Assembly: GCA_029717555.1 (NCBI GenBank)
Contig: JAMDHS010000081.1
Location: forward strand, 62,001 to 91,606
Length of the DNA stretch: 29,606 nucleotides
Direction of reading: 5' to 3'
Origin: Peribolospora baueri
Lineage: Eukaryota
Shown here: positions 10,184 to 22,157 of the stretch, piece after piece
Layout: the number at the start of each line of letters is the position of its first letter
Position numbering within the stretch: position 1 is the stretch's first letter
Made by a program: the position numbers and the translations under genes
The notes under the pieces: model-generated
The model's database searches: none
The model's input: only the letters and a program-made list of their open reading frames with translations
Told to the model about the DNA's origin: nothing

Positions 10184-13100
10184 TCATTCGGTGTACTGAA
10201 GAGAGTGGGGGATCGTAGAAGGAGGAGTAGCGGGGTTCAGAAAGCTGCGGCGACGGAAGGAAGACGGGAGAGGCTCGATCGATGGCTCACCTGCGAGACG
10301 TCTCCACATTCGCAGATCAGGTTGAGGTCTCCGTAGGCTGCGCGGGGAAGGGGGGAGGACGGGCCGGCATTTATTCAGACGAGCAAAGGAAAACAAGACT
10401 AAATGGAGGGGAGGAGTCTCGCGAACGGGTCTCGGCTCACCATCGTCGAGACGAGAGGTCGTCGGCCAGAACTTGTTCTCGCGCAAGTACGGTAGCGGGT
10501 AGGCGGCCTGTTCGCGGGTGTACGGCCTGCGGGAGGGGGGCGGCGGGAGGAAAAGCGGGAAGGATGAGAGGAGGAAGTTCGTTTGTCGTCGTCGTCGTCG
10601 CGTCGTCGACGCCAGCGGTGCAAATGCGACGACCTACCTGTCCCACTTATCCGCGGCAATGACCTTGATAGGATGGGGCGAGTTGACGATCACGTTGTTC
10701 CCACGGGGCTGCCTCCCCTCAGCCACGTCTCGGGCCTCGTCGCGGATGCGGATCATGGCGTCGCAGAATCGGTCGATCTCGGCGAGCGACTCGGATTCGG
10801 TGGGCTCGACGAGCATGCACGACTGGTCTGGCCATGCGACCGTGGGCGGGTGGAAGGAGAAGTCCTGGGGCGGGGCGGGAGGGCGGGCGGGCACGATGAG
10901 AGATAGGACAGGGACGGGGACGACAGATCAGATGCGCCCAAGTCGCGGCCCGGCACCCACCTGGAGTCGCTTTGCAAAATCCATAACCTTGAGGCCATCC
11001 TTCTCAAACTCCTTAAAATCGATCAAGAACTCGTGCGCAGCCAGGCCGTGCTTGTTTCCGCTCCGAACCGTGTAGTGGTCCCGGAGCCGGTGGGCGGCGT
11101 AGTTGGCGTTGAGGATGGAGATGGCGGAGGAGCGGGTGAGACCGGAACCTCCGAGCATCTTGATGTATGCCCAGGAGATGGTGAGGATCGATGCGCTGCC
11201 CCACGGTGCGGCCGAGACGGGGTGGATGGGCGTCGAGCCTCCAGTGGGGACGATGGGATGCGAAGGAAGGAAGGGCGCCAGGTGCGCCGCCACGCCGATC
11301 GGGCCCACGCCTGGTCCGCCGCCGCCGTGGGGACTGAGAGCGGGGGAAAAAAAAGAAAAAAAAAGTCAGCGAATCGACTCGTTCATGGGACAGACACACA
11401 GACACGGCGCACGCCGTCGACGCACATGCCAAACGTCTTGTGCAGGTTCAAGTGGCACACGTCAGCGCCGGCCGTAGCTGGATTGGTAAGGCCGATCTGA
11501 GCCTGCAGGTTGGCGCCATCGAGGTAAACCTGTCCGCCGTTGTCGTGGATGATCTTGCAGGCCTCTGGGGCCGAGTCTTCAAAGTTTCCGTATGTCGTCG
11601 GCCATGTGAGCTAAATGGAGCGAAAGGAAGCGGGGGTGTGAAAAGCGAGGTTGTGAGGAACGGGTGGATCACACGACGCGAAGGAGATACATACCATGAA
11701 AGCGGCAAGCTTGTCCTTGTGCTGTTCCGCCTTGGCCCTCAGGTCCGCCAAGTCGAGGTTTCCGTCCGGCAACGTTTTGACGGGCACGACGCGCAAGCCG
11801 GCCATGACTGCGGACTGGAATATTCACACGTGTGGTGTGCACCATGGATGAGAGAGGGACGGAACAAAAGGGCGAACATAGGGTGAGCGCGAGAGAAGAC
11901 GGCAGAGGAGAAGACGGCGACTTACGGCAGGGTTCGTCCCATGAGCGCTCAAAGGGATCAAGCAAACGTCCCTCGCGCCCTCGCCCCTACTCTCGTGGTA
12001 GGCGCGGATGACGGACAAGCCTGTGAACTCGCCCTGGGCGCCCGAGTTTGGCTGGAGGGAGACGGCGGGGAAGCCGGTGATGAGGCAGAGGTCGCGGGTG
12101 AGTTCCTGAAGGAGTGGTGGGAAAGGAAGGAGGAGAGGAGGGAGGGTGAGCGAGCCGTGGGTGACTAGACAAAACGAAACGGCCGAAAGCAAGGAGCGAC
12201 TCACGTCAATGATAACCTGATACCCCTCTGCCTGGTCAACGGGCGCAAAAGGGTGTACGTTTGCAAACTCCGACCAAGTGAGAGGTGTCATGCTGGTAGC
12301 CGAGTTGAGTTTCATGGTACAAGAGCCTAGGGGAATCATGGCGTGTGTTAAGCTAAGGTCTTTGCCTTGGAGGTGTTGGAGGTAGCGCATCATTTCGGTT
12401 TCGGATTTGTGTGTGTTGAAGACGGCTTGATGGAGATAGGGGGATGTGCGGGCGAAGGGGGCGGGGAGGGAGATGGTATCGAGGGACGCGCCGTCCATGG
12501 ACGCCGAGGCCGAGTCGAGAAGGACGGTGGGGGTGTAGGGCAGCGAAGAGGAGGAGGAAGAACCATCTGGTCGCTTAGCGAGGGCAAAGGCGTTGAAGAG
12601 GTCCGTCATCTCCTCCAGCGTCACGCTCTCGTCCAGCGTCACGCCCACCTTCTCTTCGGCGGGCGAGGAGAAGGGGCGCAAGTTGAGGCCGACGTTGTTG
12701 GCCTCGTCGAGGACCCTGCGAGCGGTCGTGCCGGCGGGAGCGACGTCGATGGTGAGCGTGTCGAAGAAAGCATCGCGATTGACGACGCGGTAGCCGATGT
12801 GCTCGAGATGGTCCTTAAGGATCCGCGTCAGCGCGTGCACCTTGGCCGCTATCCTCCGGAGACCGTCGGGGCCGTGGTAAACGGCGTACATGGCGGCCAT
12901 GTTGGCCAAGAGGGCCTGGGCGGTGCATACGTTGGACGTTGCCTTTTCTCTACGGATGTGCTGCTCACGGGTCTGCAGGGCGAGCCGGTACGCCGGATCT
13001 CCGTCGGCGTCCTTGCTGAGGCCAACGAGCCGTCCGGGCATGCGACGCTTCAGCTTGTCGGTGGTGGCGAAAAAGGCGGCGTGCGGGCCGCCGTAGCCGA

Positions 13101-14266
13101 GGGGGACGCCGAAGCGGGCCGAATTACCGACAGCGACGTCGGCGCCCCATTCGCCGGGGGGTACGAGCATGGTGAGAGCGAGCAGGTCGGTGGCGGCTAC
13201 GACGAGACCTCCGGCGGCGTGGACCTCGTCGGCGAGGGCCTTCCACGAGGTGAGCGCGCCGTCGACGTCCGGGTACTGTACGAGGACGCCGAAAAGGTCG
13301 TTGCGATCGAGGTCAGCGTGGGCGGGTAGGCGTGCGACGTTGGCGAGGTCGGCGACGACGATGCGGATGCCGAATCCCTTTGCGCGTTGGCGAAGGACGG
13401 CGAGGGTCTGAGGGAGGACGGCTTGATGGACAAGAAAGGTCTTGCGCTTGGACCTGGCGTTGGCGAAGGCGAGGATCATGGCCTCGGCGGCGGCGGTGGG
13501 CTCGTCGAGGAGGGAGGCGTTGGCGATCTCGAGGCCGGTGAGGTCCTTGGTCATGGTCTGGAAGTTGATCAGCGACTCGAGGCGGCCTGGGGGCGAAGGA
13601 GAGAGGGAGGAGGGAGGTCAGTGAAGGGGCGGAGGTGGCGTGGGCCTAAGGGAGGCTCACCTTGAGAGATCTCAGGCTGGTAAGCGGTGTAGCTGGTGTA
13701 CCATCCGGGGTTTTGGAACAGCTGCGTCGTCGTCGGATGAACGCGAAATGAGGGTCACGCACGCACGGGCACGAAAGGGGTCCACTCACGTTCCTCATGA
13801 TCACTTGGGGCACGACGGCGTTGTGGTATCCCAAGCCGATGAGGCTCTTTACGTCCTTGTTCATCCTCGCAATCGTCGTCGCCCTGGTGATGAGCTCTGA
13901 CTCGCTGAGCGGGGCGATCTTGCGGTCGTCCACGGCGTCAGCGCGGGCAAGGCGGACGTTGTCGGGGACGGCGCGGGCGAGGAAGGAGTCGAGGTCGGCA
14001 TGGCCGAGCGCCTGGAGCTGGTTTTGGACGTCGGACGGGCGGGGGCCGAGGTGGCGCCTCTCGAAGGCATCGAGCGGGGCGAAGGGGGAAGCGGCGGTGC
14101 GCGGGGAGCCGAAGGGGGGTGCGGCGGCGGTGGAGGCGGCGGTAGCGAGGGCACGGCGAGCGAGAAGGGGGGCGTCGAAGGAGCGGGCAGGGAGATGAGG
14201 ACGGGAAGCGAGCGCCGATGGTGGTGGTGGGCGAGAGCGAAGGGCAGCCCTGGCGAGGAAGATCAT
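10184..14266 (-). CDS. GCV2: Glycine dehydrogenase (decarboxylating), glycine cleavage P protein, mitochondrial precursor, about 1049 aa
   Basis: Exons 14266-13790, 13721-13661, 13586-12205, 12105-11926, 11814-11695, 11610-11426, 11333-10961, 10864-10638, 10526-10441, 10337-10291, 10195-10184 sum to 3150 nt. Motifs: [96 protein letters not shown] (PLP Lys) and EPTESES. The Arg/Ala/Ser-rich N-terminus resembles a mitochondrial presequence. Confidence 0.98.
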
Positions 14267-14640
14267 ATTGGCGGGGACGGCGGTGGAGCCCGAGCGGGGT
14301 CGGGCAGCACGTGGTAGTGGGGGAGGGCAGGATGGGGGATGGGAAGGAGGAGGAGCGAGGGGGACGACGAGGGACGACAACAACAACGACGAGGCTTTAT
14401 TGAATTCGAATCCGGTCCGACGTCAGCTCGCCATCGCCATCGTCTTGTCTTGTCTTTGTGTCTGTCTAGCCGGTCGGTCGGATCACCGGTTATGCTGTGC
14501 GAGGATGCGTTGCGTCGTGAATTGCGTTGTGCGACGATCGTCTCAATTCTTTTTTTCTTCTTCTCTCTTCCGTGTCCTCGCTTCCCTCTCGCTTCCGCCG
14601 CCCGCCCGCGCTCGCCTGCTCTCTCCCTCTCCTACCGAAC

Positions 14641-14727
14641 AAAAGCGAAAGCGAAAGCAAAAGCGAAAGCAAAAGCGAAAGCAAAAACAAAAAAGAAAAA
14701 GAAAAAGAAAAAGAAAAAGAAAGAAAG
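14641..14727. repeat. Hexamer repeat (AAAGCG/AAAGCA grading into AAAAAG) upstream of GCV2
   Basis: aaaagcgaaagcgaaagcaaaagcgaaagcaaaagcgaaagcaaaaacaaaaaagaaaaagaaaaag... read directly, about 375-460 nt upstream of the GCV2 ATG. Confidence 0.9.
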
Positions 14728-15659
14728 TGATAAAAGGTCCCAGTCCCAGCAACGGGTCGAACAGACAGAGATAAACGCCGGACGCGAAAACTCGCCCCCG
14801 CGCCCCGACTACCAGTTTATGGTAGTCTTGCCGCAGTCGCACGGCCCGTTTTTACCAAAAGATGGAACGGGTCGGCTTTTTTGCTTCGCCGGGATCGATC
14901 GATAGATAGTAGATAGACCGCCGACGAGGAAGCAGCAGGCGACCGAAGGCACGCCCACCACACACGGAGAGAAGGGTTAGCGTCCGAGGTACAAACATTC
15001 GCTAGCCCGCTCTAGGTCCCTCTTACAGCCGCTCTAGCTCCCTCTTATAACCCTTCCCTGCACCCTGCACCTCCACGCCCGCGGAACCGATCCTGCTCCC
15101 GCGCCCGCACCATGTGACGATTCTACCGCCCCTCTCTCCGGACGACGCGACACGCCCCCGGCCCGCAGGCGCGCACAATGACGGACGGTACGGAACGGGA
15201 CGGGACGACACTGCTTTACATACGGATGTTAACGCAACGCAACGCAACGCATGTGGACATCGTAGCGTGCGGCTCACTAGGACGTCGCTCACCGGCTCTA
15301 TGACAAACGAACGGACGAGGATGCAGAACGACACGGGGCGGGGGAACGAGAAGGAGAGAGGGGTGAAAGGGATACGAGATGGGACGGGACTAAAAAAAGA
15401 AAGATGAAGGGAGTGTGTGTGAACGCGAGGTGCGGTGGGTATCTGACTAGGAATAGGAAATAGAGAGTAATAAACGAGCGACGGTGGAGCGAAAACGATG
15501 GTGGGATGCGAACAGATATTAAAGCGCGACGTCAAGGTATGGAAAGGAATGCACGGGACAGCGCACGTCGGGTCGGGTCGGGTCGGGACGGGACGACACG
15601 ATACGACACGACACGAGCCCAGACAGACAGGACGGAACGACAGCAAGGACCATGCTAGG

Positions 15660-16909
15660 TTACGTAACCCTCGACATGGCCTCCCCCCTCTCCACCAGCT
15701 CCGCCCACTCGGCCCTCCATCGCCGGATACCCTTCTGCACGTCCTTGCGACGGAAGACCTTGTGTACCCACGACAGGAACGCGTCCTCGTCCTCGACGAC
15801 CATGTATGATGAGAGCACCGACAGCATCGTCTCGAAGCTTGCTGAAGGGTCTAGGAAGTTTTCTAAACGCGAGTCGACGAACAAAGAAGAGCTGGCTCAG
15901 TCGGAATCCATTCCCCGTCTTCCACCTTCGTCTTCCCTCTCCGAGCCACACCACCACCTACCTCTCAACCCCCAAACGACGGCCAAAGCGATGATGATCA
16001 GCAGGTCCGGCCCCTCCAAGAAGTAGGCGTCCCATAATCGCAGTTGTGTCTTGAACGGCACCGTGTTGGCAAACAAGGTGATGTACCACTTTGTGGCGAA
16101 TGCAGACGTCGAGATCATGTGTTCCTTCTGTGCCAAAAAGATAATGCCAAACATACGCGGCACGCGGCACGCGTCAGCGAGCGAACCGCGCTCCAGAAGG
16201 ACGCGACTACTCACAAACACCTCGTGCACCTCCGGCATCAGCGACTCCACCAGACGTTCCTGTATGTAAAAGCTCTCTACCAGGCTTGGGAAGCCCGGGG
16301 CAAAGGTCGAGTGGAGGTCGTACAGGTCGTGCAGCCGCGTCAAAGCGGCGTACGCGCGCTGATCGGCGACAGACAATCTCCTATCAGCCCAGACAATCCA
16401 ACTCGGCCAATCCCTCGATCAAGCTCACCTCTGGCTCGAAATAGCAGATCAACGTGGCGGCGATGGGACCCATGCCTTGACAGTATCCACACGTGTCGCA
16501 CAGGAGCGAGAACGAGTGGAGGACGTGGAACAGAGACCGTTGCCTGCATTCGTTTTTCAAACGCGCATCGTCCGTTGCCAAATACGACAGTCGGTGAGCA
16601 TCGCCAACTCGACGGATGCGATTGAAAACCGCAGACTCGACTCACCCTCGTCCATACCGCGTGTGGAAGAGTATATGCCCGCTGATCGTTCTCGGCACGT
16701 CAAGATCGATCTGCATGTCGTGCGAAGACGGCCGCTTGACGCCGTCCTGGTACGCCAGCGCAAGCTGCCGTTCCGTGAGCGCCGCGTGACCCCGACCGTC
16801 GTGGCCTGTCGTGGAGGCAGATCGCGAACGCGAGCGCTCTTCGATCATCGCCCACCACGCTTGGGCGCGCCACGCGTCGGGGATGCCCTTGTACACGCGC
16901 TGTCAAACG

Positions 16910-16941
<32 letters not shown>

Positions 16942-18140
16942 AGACCACATTGAGCACAGCGACGACGGACGGTGGCCATCGCCCGCCCGCCACACCAGCT
17001 CACTTTCTCCAGTTTCTTTGCCTTGGAGCCCTGGAGCCGGTATCCGGCCGCATTTCCACCCTCATCTCGAGCCGTGACGACCATCATCTTCTGCCACTTA
17101 TCCATCCTCTTCCTCTCCTTCACCACCTCCTCCCTAGACCTATTTGGCTCTACCGCGTTCACAGGAAGATCGGGCGAAAGGACGGCCCGCTGCTTCGCCG
17201 ACGCCTTGCTTTGTCTCGGCCGTTTCGGTTTGCGCGGCTTGGCGGGTACATCTGGGGGCAGGTCGTCGTATGCGGACGCGCGCAGGGTTGCCGTACGGCC
17301 GTGTGAGCTTGCTTTGGTGTATGCTTGGGAGAAGAAACCATAGCTACCGATCGCATAACATCGGGAAATGGAGAGAACAGAAAAATATGTGATTAGACGG
17401 GGGACAAGCCGTCAAGCACTTGAAAATCACGGCGCTCACCGATCCAACTTTGCCAACAAAACATCCCGCTCCTGCTCGGCCTCCAGCCTCTGCCTGGTCT
17501 CCTCCGCGCTCGGCCCTTCTCCCATCGCGCCGGCCAGGCCGCCCGCTTCAACACCCGGCCTAGCGGACGCGGCCGTTGACTGTGGCGCTGGCGTCTGCGC
17601 GGGACTGCGATTCCTCTCCCTCGTGAGCTCGACGCCCTCATCGAAGCCGTCGTTTGGAACGCCAGTCCGCTCGAACTGTGCGTACACCTCCCGTACGTGT
17701 GCCGATTCTTCGTCCTCCGGCGACTCCCACTGTTCTGACGCGTTGTTGCTCGCCGTGACGTGGGAGGAGGAGGAGCCCGTCGCCGGGGAGCCGCTTCGTT
17801 GCACCGGAGGGCGTTGTGTGGTGGAGGAGGAGGGGACGGAGAGAAAGGAGGGAGAATCTTGCATGACATCCCCTCTTGGAACGTCTCTCCGTGTCCGTCC
17901 GGACGACGGTGGAGCGAGATGATGAGTGGTGGACGCGGTGGCCAGCGGCTCGACGCGAGAGTTATAGCCGGAAGACGCCCAGCTGTACGCGCTCGTGCTA
18001 TTGGAGGACGACGCAGAGGTCTCCAGAGACGACTTGGGTGAGAGCTGGAGCGGCTTGAGTCCATTCAGAGCTCTCTCGGGCGGCGGCACGTTCGAACGGC
18101 CGTTGAGCAGGACGGCGACGGGTGCCAAAGACGAAGACAT
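15660..18140 (-). CDS. TBC-domain Rab GTPase-activating protein, about 640 aa, with a disordered Ser-rich N-terminus
   Basis: Exons 18140-17440, 17343-17004, 16899-16646, 16543-16429, 16358-16215, 16127-15962, 15862-15660. Motifs: LDRYGFF, RVYKGIPDAWRAQAW, QIDLDVPRT (Arg finger), GYCQGM (Gln finger), FATKWYITLF and RLWDAYFLEG. The start codon is inferred. Confidence 0.93.
16910..16938 (-). repeat. Poly(T)29 tract in TBC intron 2; a similar T25 tract lies in SES1 intron 1 at 8017-8041
   Basis: A-runs on + read directly; both lie between donor and acceptor of minus-strand introns. Confidence 0.9.
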
Positions 18141-19756
18141 GGTGTGAGATGTGACAAATAGCAAAAAGAGGGAAGCGAAGGTGAACGAGAGAATGGAAGC
18201 GCTGCAGGGTATCTAAGGAACGTCGAGTAATATCGGGCAAAGGTTGAGCGCCGTTTCGCCAGCTCAGCTTGGCTCAGGCGAGACCCGTCCGGATAGGGGT
18301 AAGGGGATCCGGAACGTGCCAGGCCTGGTTCGACGACGAGACCGTGTGCGCCGGACAAGAAACCAAGCTGACGAGGTGGTGCGAGTCGGCGACGGCGGGC
18401 GGCGTTGGTTATGGTGAGAAGAAGAAAGGGTCAGATCGCGAAGATGACGCCGGGGCGAACCAACACCAGCAATCCGTCTGACTGCGGCGACGCCATCTGT
18501 TTTCCTCTTCCGCCGATCGTTCGTTGTCTTCAACTGTCATAACAACAGCAGGCCCTGCTGTGCTGTGCAATGCTGTGCAATACGAAGGCATGGAGAGGAA
18601 GACGGTGACGGTGCTTGCTTTCTTGCTCTTGCTTTTCTCCCCTCGTTGGCCCTCTTTTCTACACAGCAGCGCCATGGCGAGCCTTTATCGACCTCATCGA
18701 CATTTCATCTCCATGCATGGCTCACTAACATCTCCCAGTGGACAGAAGGAGCTGACACGTCGTCTCAAAGGCCACGAACGGGTCCAGAAAGGCGAAAAGA
18801 GTAGCAGGCTAGATGGGCCATCTGCCTGCCGGAGACTGGCTGGACGGAGACTGGCGGGCCGGCTGGCTCGCCGATTTAGGACAGACCAGACCATCACATC
18901 CTTCACCTCGCTCACTGCGCCAGGGACCAGGACAAGGACATCTACCCTCCTCACTCTTCACCACTCTCTTCCTTCTTTCCCTTCTTCTCCTTCTTCCTCC
19001 CCTCCCCACCAGCCACGGCAAGAGCAGTCTTCTGCTTCGTCAGGCCCACGTGTGCGTGTGTCCTCGACTTTGTCCCCTGGTCCTTGCCTCCAGGGTGACT
19101 GGGGCGCCGCTCACGCTGGCGTTGCATCTTCCGGCGATGCTTTTCCGCGTCCACCAGTGGCACGCACATGGCTGCGTGCGGCTCGCGAATGTCGGCCAGG
19201 TGTGTGCCGGACGTGGGGTCGTGGTGGTGAACGGCACGGGCGAGACCGGTGGTGGGCATTGTGGAGCGCAGAGAGGAAGCAGACGGCGATGTGGTTATGT
19301 GTTTCGCTGGCAAGAGATGCGATCGCAAGCGCTTCTACCGTACCGTCTGGACGATCTGGTGCAAAAGTGATCCGGTCTCTTGCGGCGCCACGACGCTTAA
19401 GAGGAAGGAACATCGGTCGCCCTCAGGCATGACAAAGCAGACCGACGGATGGTTCCACCAAGAGCGCGACTAGGTTCCACCATCGGGAAAGCGCGGCCTT
19501 CCAGAACAAGGACAAAGCTCATAATCAAGTCAGATGAGCAAGCGGCGCAACCTCAGCGTCGCAGAGGAGACAGAAAGATAATTTCATTTGGCGATGACGT
19601 GGAAATAAGCATGTCTATCACTTCCGCGCGGAAGATAACGTACTAAGGGGAGTGTCAAACCAAAGAGACTTCATCGCATCGCTCGGAAGCGCGCCGCGCC
19701 CAGAGAGAGAGCGTCCTAGCAGTCACCTCTTTACACATGCTCACCCGTCCCATCGC

Positions 19757-21524
19757 CTAACGCACGACGTATCCCAACCCCCGCAATGCGTCGCAACTGT
19801 CTAGCCTCTCCTCCACAATCTGCTTGACCCGCTCCGCATCACTGCCGATGCCGAAGAACCCTCTGGCGTTATCCAATCTCCGATTCCGGTCCTCCATCTC
19901 CCTCTCGCACGCGTTCTGCAAGCCGCGCACGTAACTTCGTTCCACGGTCGACTCAAAGTCGCGGAGCTTGGAGTTGCGGACATGAGAAGATCGGGAGGCG
20001 GACGTGGTGGTGTAGGTGGAGATTGGGTGAGAGGTCCATTGGGCCCCGTTTACCCTGAAAGGATATGGTCGGGAAGGCATCAAATAAGGTGAAATTTCAG
20101 CATCATGGAAGTCAACTTTCGGCTTCTCTCACGCTGAGGACGGGGGGAACGTACCAGTATGGGACGTTCAAGTTCGAAGTAGATCTATGGAGATCATGCC
20201 ACTTGCTAGGCTGGAAGGAGAACGAAGGGTCGGGCGTGGAGAGGAGGGTGGGAATGTAGGACATGAAAGAGAACAGGAACAGTACGAGCAGAGGCAGCAA
20301 CTGAAGCAGCAGTGTCGGCCCGCCCTGCTGGCCTTCGTCCCGACCGCCGCCTGCGCCTCGTCCCGCACCAGCCGGTCGCCGAAACTGTGTTCGTTGGAAG
20401 CCTGGGCCATAAAACGTCGTTCGGACGCCTATTGGTGTATGAATCTGCGTTAGCTGGGTTAAACAAACACGACGAAGAGATCACAGACTCACCTGGCCCA
20501 CCAAACCCAAAGCTCGCACCCGGCCCACCGAGCCCACCGCCAAAGAACATATTGAACAGCTCCTCCGGGTTCACTTCTTCGGCGTAAACGCCACCTCCCC
20601 GTCCTGCGAAGCCTCCGAATCCTGGAGACATGCCCCCGCCCGCTGCTGAGGAGGACATGCCGGAGAATCGGCTGTCAGGGTCTGCGCCGTGTGCATCGAA
20701 AGCTGCGCGCTTGTCTGAATCTGAGAGGACTGTGAAGGCCTTTGAGACCACTGTGGAAGCGGTGAGTCAGAATCAGGAAGTGAAAGCAAGAGGCAGAGTG
20801 CAAGGATCGGTTGAGCCGGGTATGCATGAGGGACGCTTCGCAAGATGGTGTCCTTGGTCAAAGGCAAAGGAAAAGAAAACCAAACGCACTTTTAAAAGCC
20901 TCGTCCGCTCCCGGCGCGCCGTTTTTGTCTGGATGCAATTGTAGCGCGAGCTGTGTACGTAGCCAAAGAAAGCGTGCGAGCATTACACGAAACCTTAGCT
21001 CGATGCGATCCTTATGGGCCGGTGGACTTGGACGCGTATGGAAAGAGATAAGCCCTACCCACCTTGCGATAAGCTTTCTTCACAGCCGCATCCTCGCATC
21101 CCTTCTCGAGACCGAGAATGCCGTAATAGTCCACGTGCTTGCACATCCTGACTCGCTTCACCACCTTCTCCTGCTCGATCGTATACTCGCGCTTCTTCTT
21201 GTCCTTCAATGTTGATGGAGACGGAGACGCGGAAGAAGATGGGGAGGTGGGTCCGTTGGGTTTTGCTGAAGGAGCGGCGCGCCGCCGGTGCGCAGTGGCG
21301 TCGGACGCGTTCGTCTCGGTGGCCGAAGTGGAAGCCTGAGGCGAGGCGTCCCCGTCAGCGGCGGAAAACGACTCGAGTCTGGCCATAAGAGCATCGGCCT
21401 CGTCGGTGGGAAAAAGAGCGATGGACTTGCGAGCGAACTTGAGCGCCGAGGCCATGTTCTCCGAGTTGTAGTGTTTCTGGGCGATGGCGAGGCATCGCAA
21501 CGCCTCGTCCTTGTTGCTCTCCAT
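19757..21524 (-). CDS. HLJ1: ER-membrane J-domain co-chaperone, HLJ1/DNAJB12-B14-like, about 450 aa
   Basis: Exons 21524-21063, 20950-20890, 20750-20493, 20428-20155, 20054-19757. MESNKDEALRCL N-terminus; J domain YYGILGLEK...[32 protein letters not shown]; Gly/Phe region with PEELFNMFFGGG; one TM segment (LLQLLPLLVLFLFSFMS); C-terminal DUF1977-like region (LRDFESTVERSYVRGLQNACERE...SCD). Confidence 0.92.
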
Positions 21525-22157
21525 TGCGACGGGCGGAGGGGCTGATTAGGAAAATCGAGAAAGGTTGTCGGAGCCCGGTGACCGTCCTATCCTGTCCTCA
21601 CTTACTCCGGGCGACTCCTTGAACGTAAGAGCGGTGCGTCGCAATGAGGCGGGGGAACGAGCAAGAAAGAGAAGATGGCGTCGTTCGCTCGTCCTGTTCT
21701 CCACCGTCGACTTGTCTCCGCTGGCCCTGGAAGATAAACGCCGCTTGTATCCGATCACGTGATTCGATGCTTACGTACACAGCGCCCATCCAGGACGCGA
21801 AGGACGGCTGACGAGGGCTGAGCAAGCGATGGATGGTGCCTGCAGATGAGGCGATGGCTTGGCGGGAGAAGCAGCGACGGCGAAGGGGGCGGCGGCGAGG
21901 AGTCGTTCGTTGTAAAGACAACGATCGTTCAAGACAGGAAGAGGTAACTGGCGGAGTAACGACAGCAGAAGGAGCCAAAGCGGTCGGTCGATCGATCTCA
22001 CCTCGTCGCACGCCACCCGTCTCGTCTCATCGTCTTGTCGCACCGGCAACCAGGGCCTTGTCTCTCTCTCTCGCATCGACAGAGAACTGGCTCCTTTCGC
22101 TCCTCTCTCGACACCATCTTCAAGCCTACCACTCTCATCAACGCGCAATCACCCATC

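Noticed and set aside
318..13329. Long antisense ORFs (e.g. 318-1061 -, 3407-4363 +, 8962-9837 -, 12367-13329 +)
   Set aside because: They mirror real exons with strong GC3 bias, which depletes antisense stop codons, and they show no independent motifs.
14400..14420. TTCGAATCC resembling a tRNA T-loop
   Set aside because: No T-stem, D-arm or acceptor stem can be formed.
14267..14900. Glycine riboswitch upstream of GCV2
   Set aside because: No tandem aptamer consensus is visible, and glycine riboswitches are bacterial.
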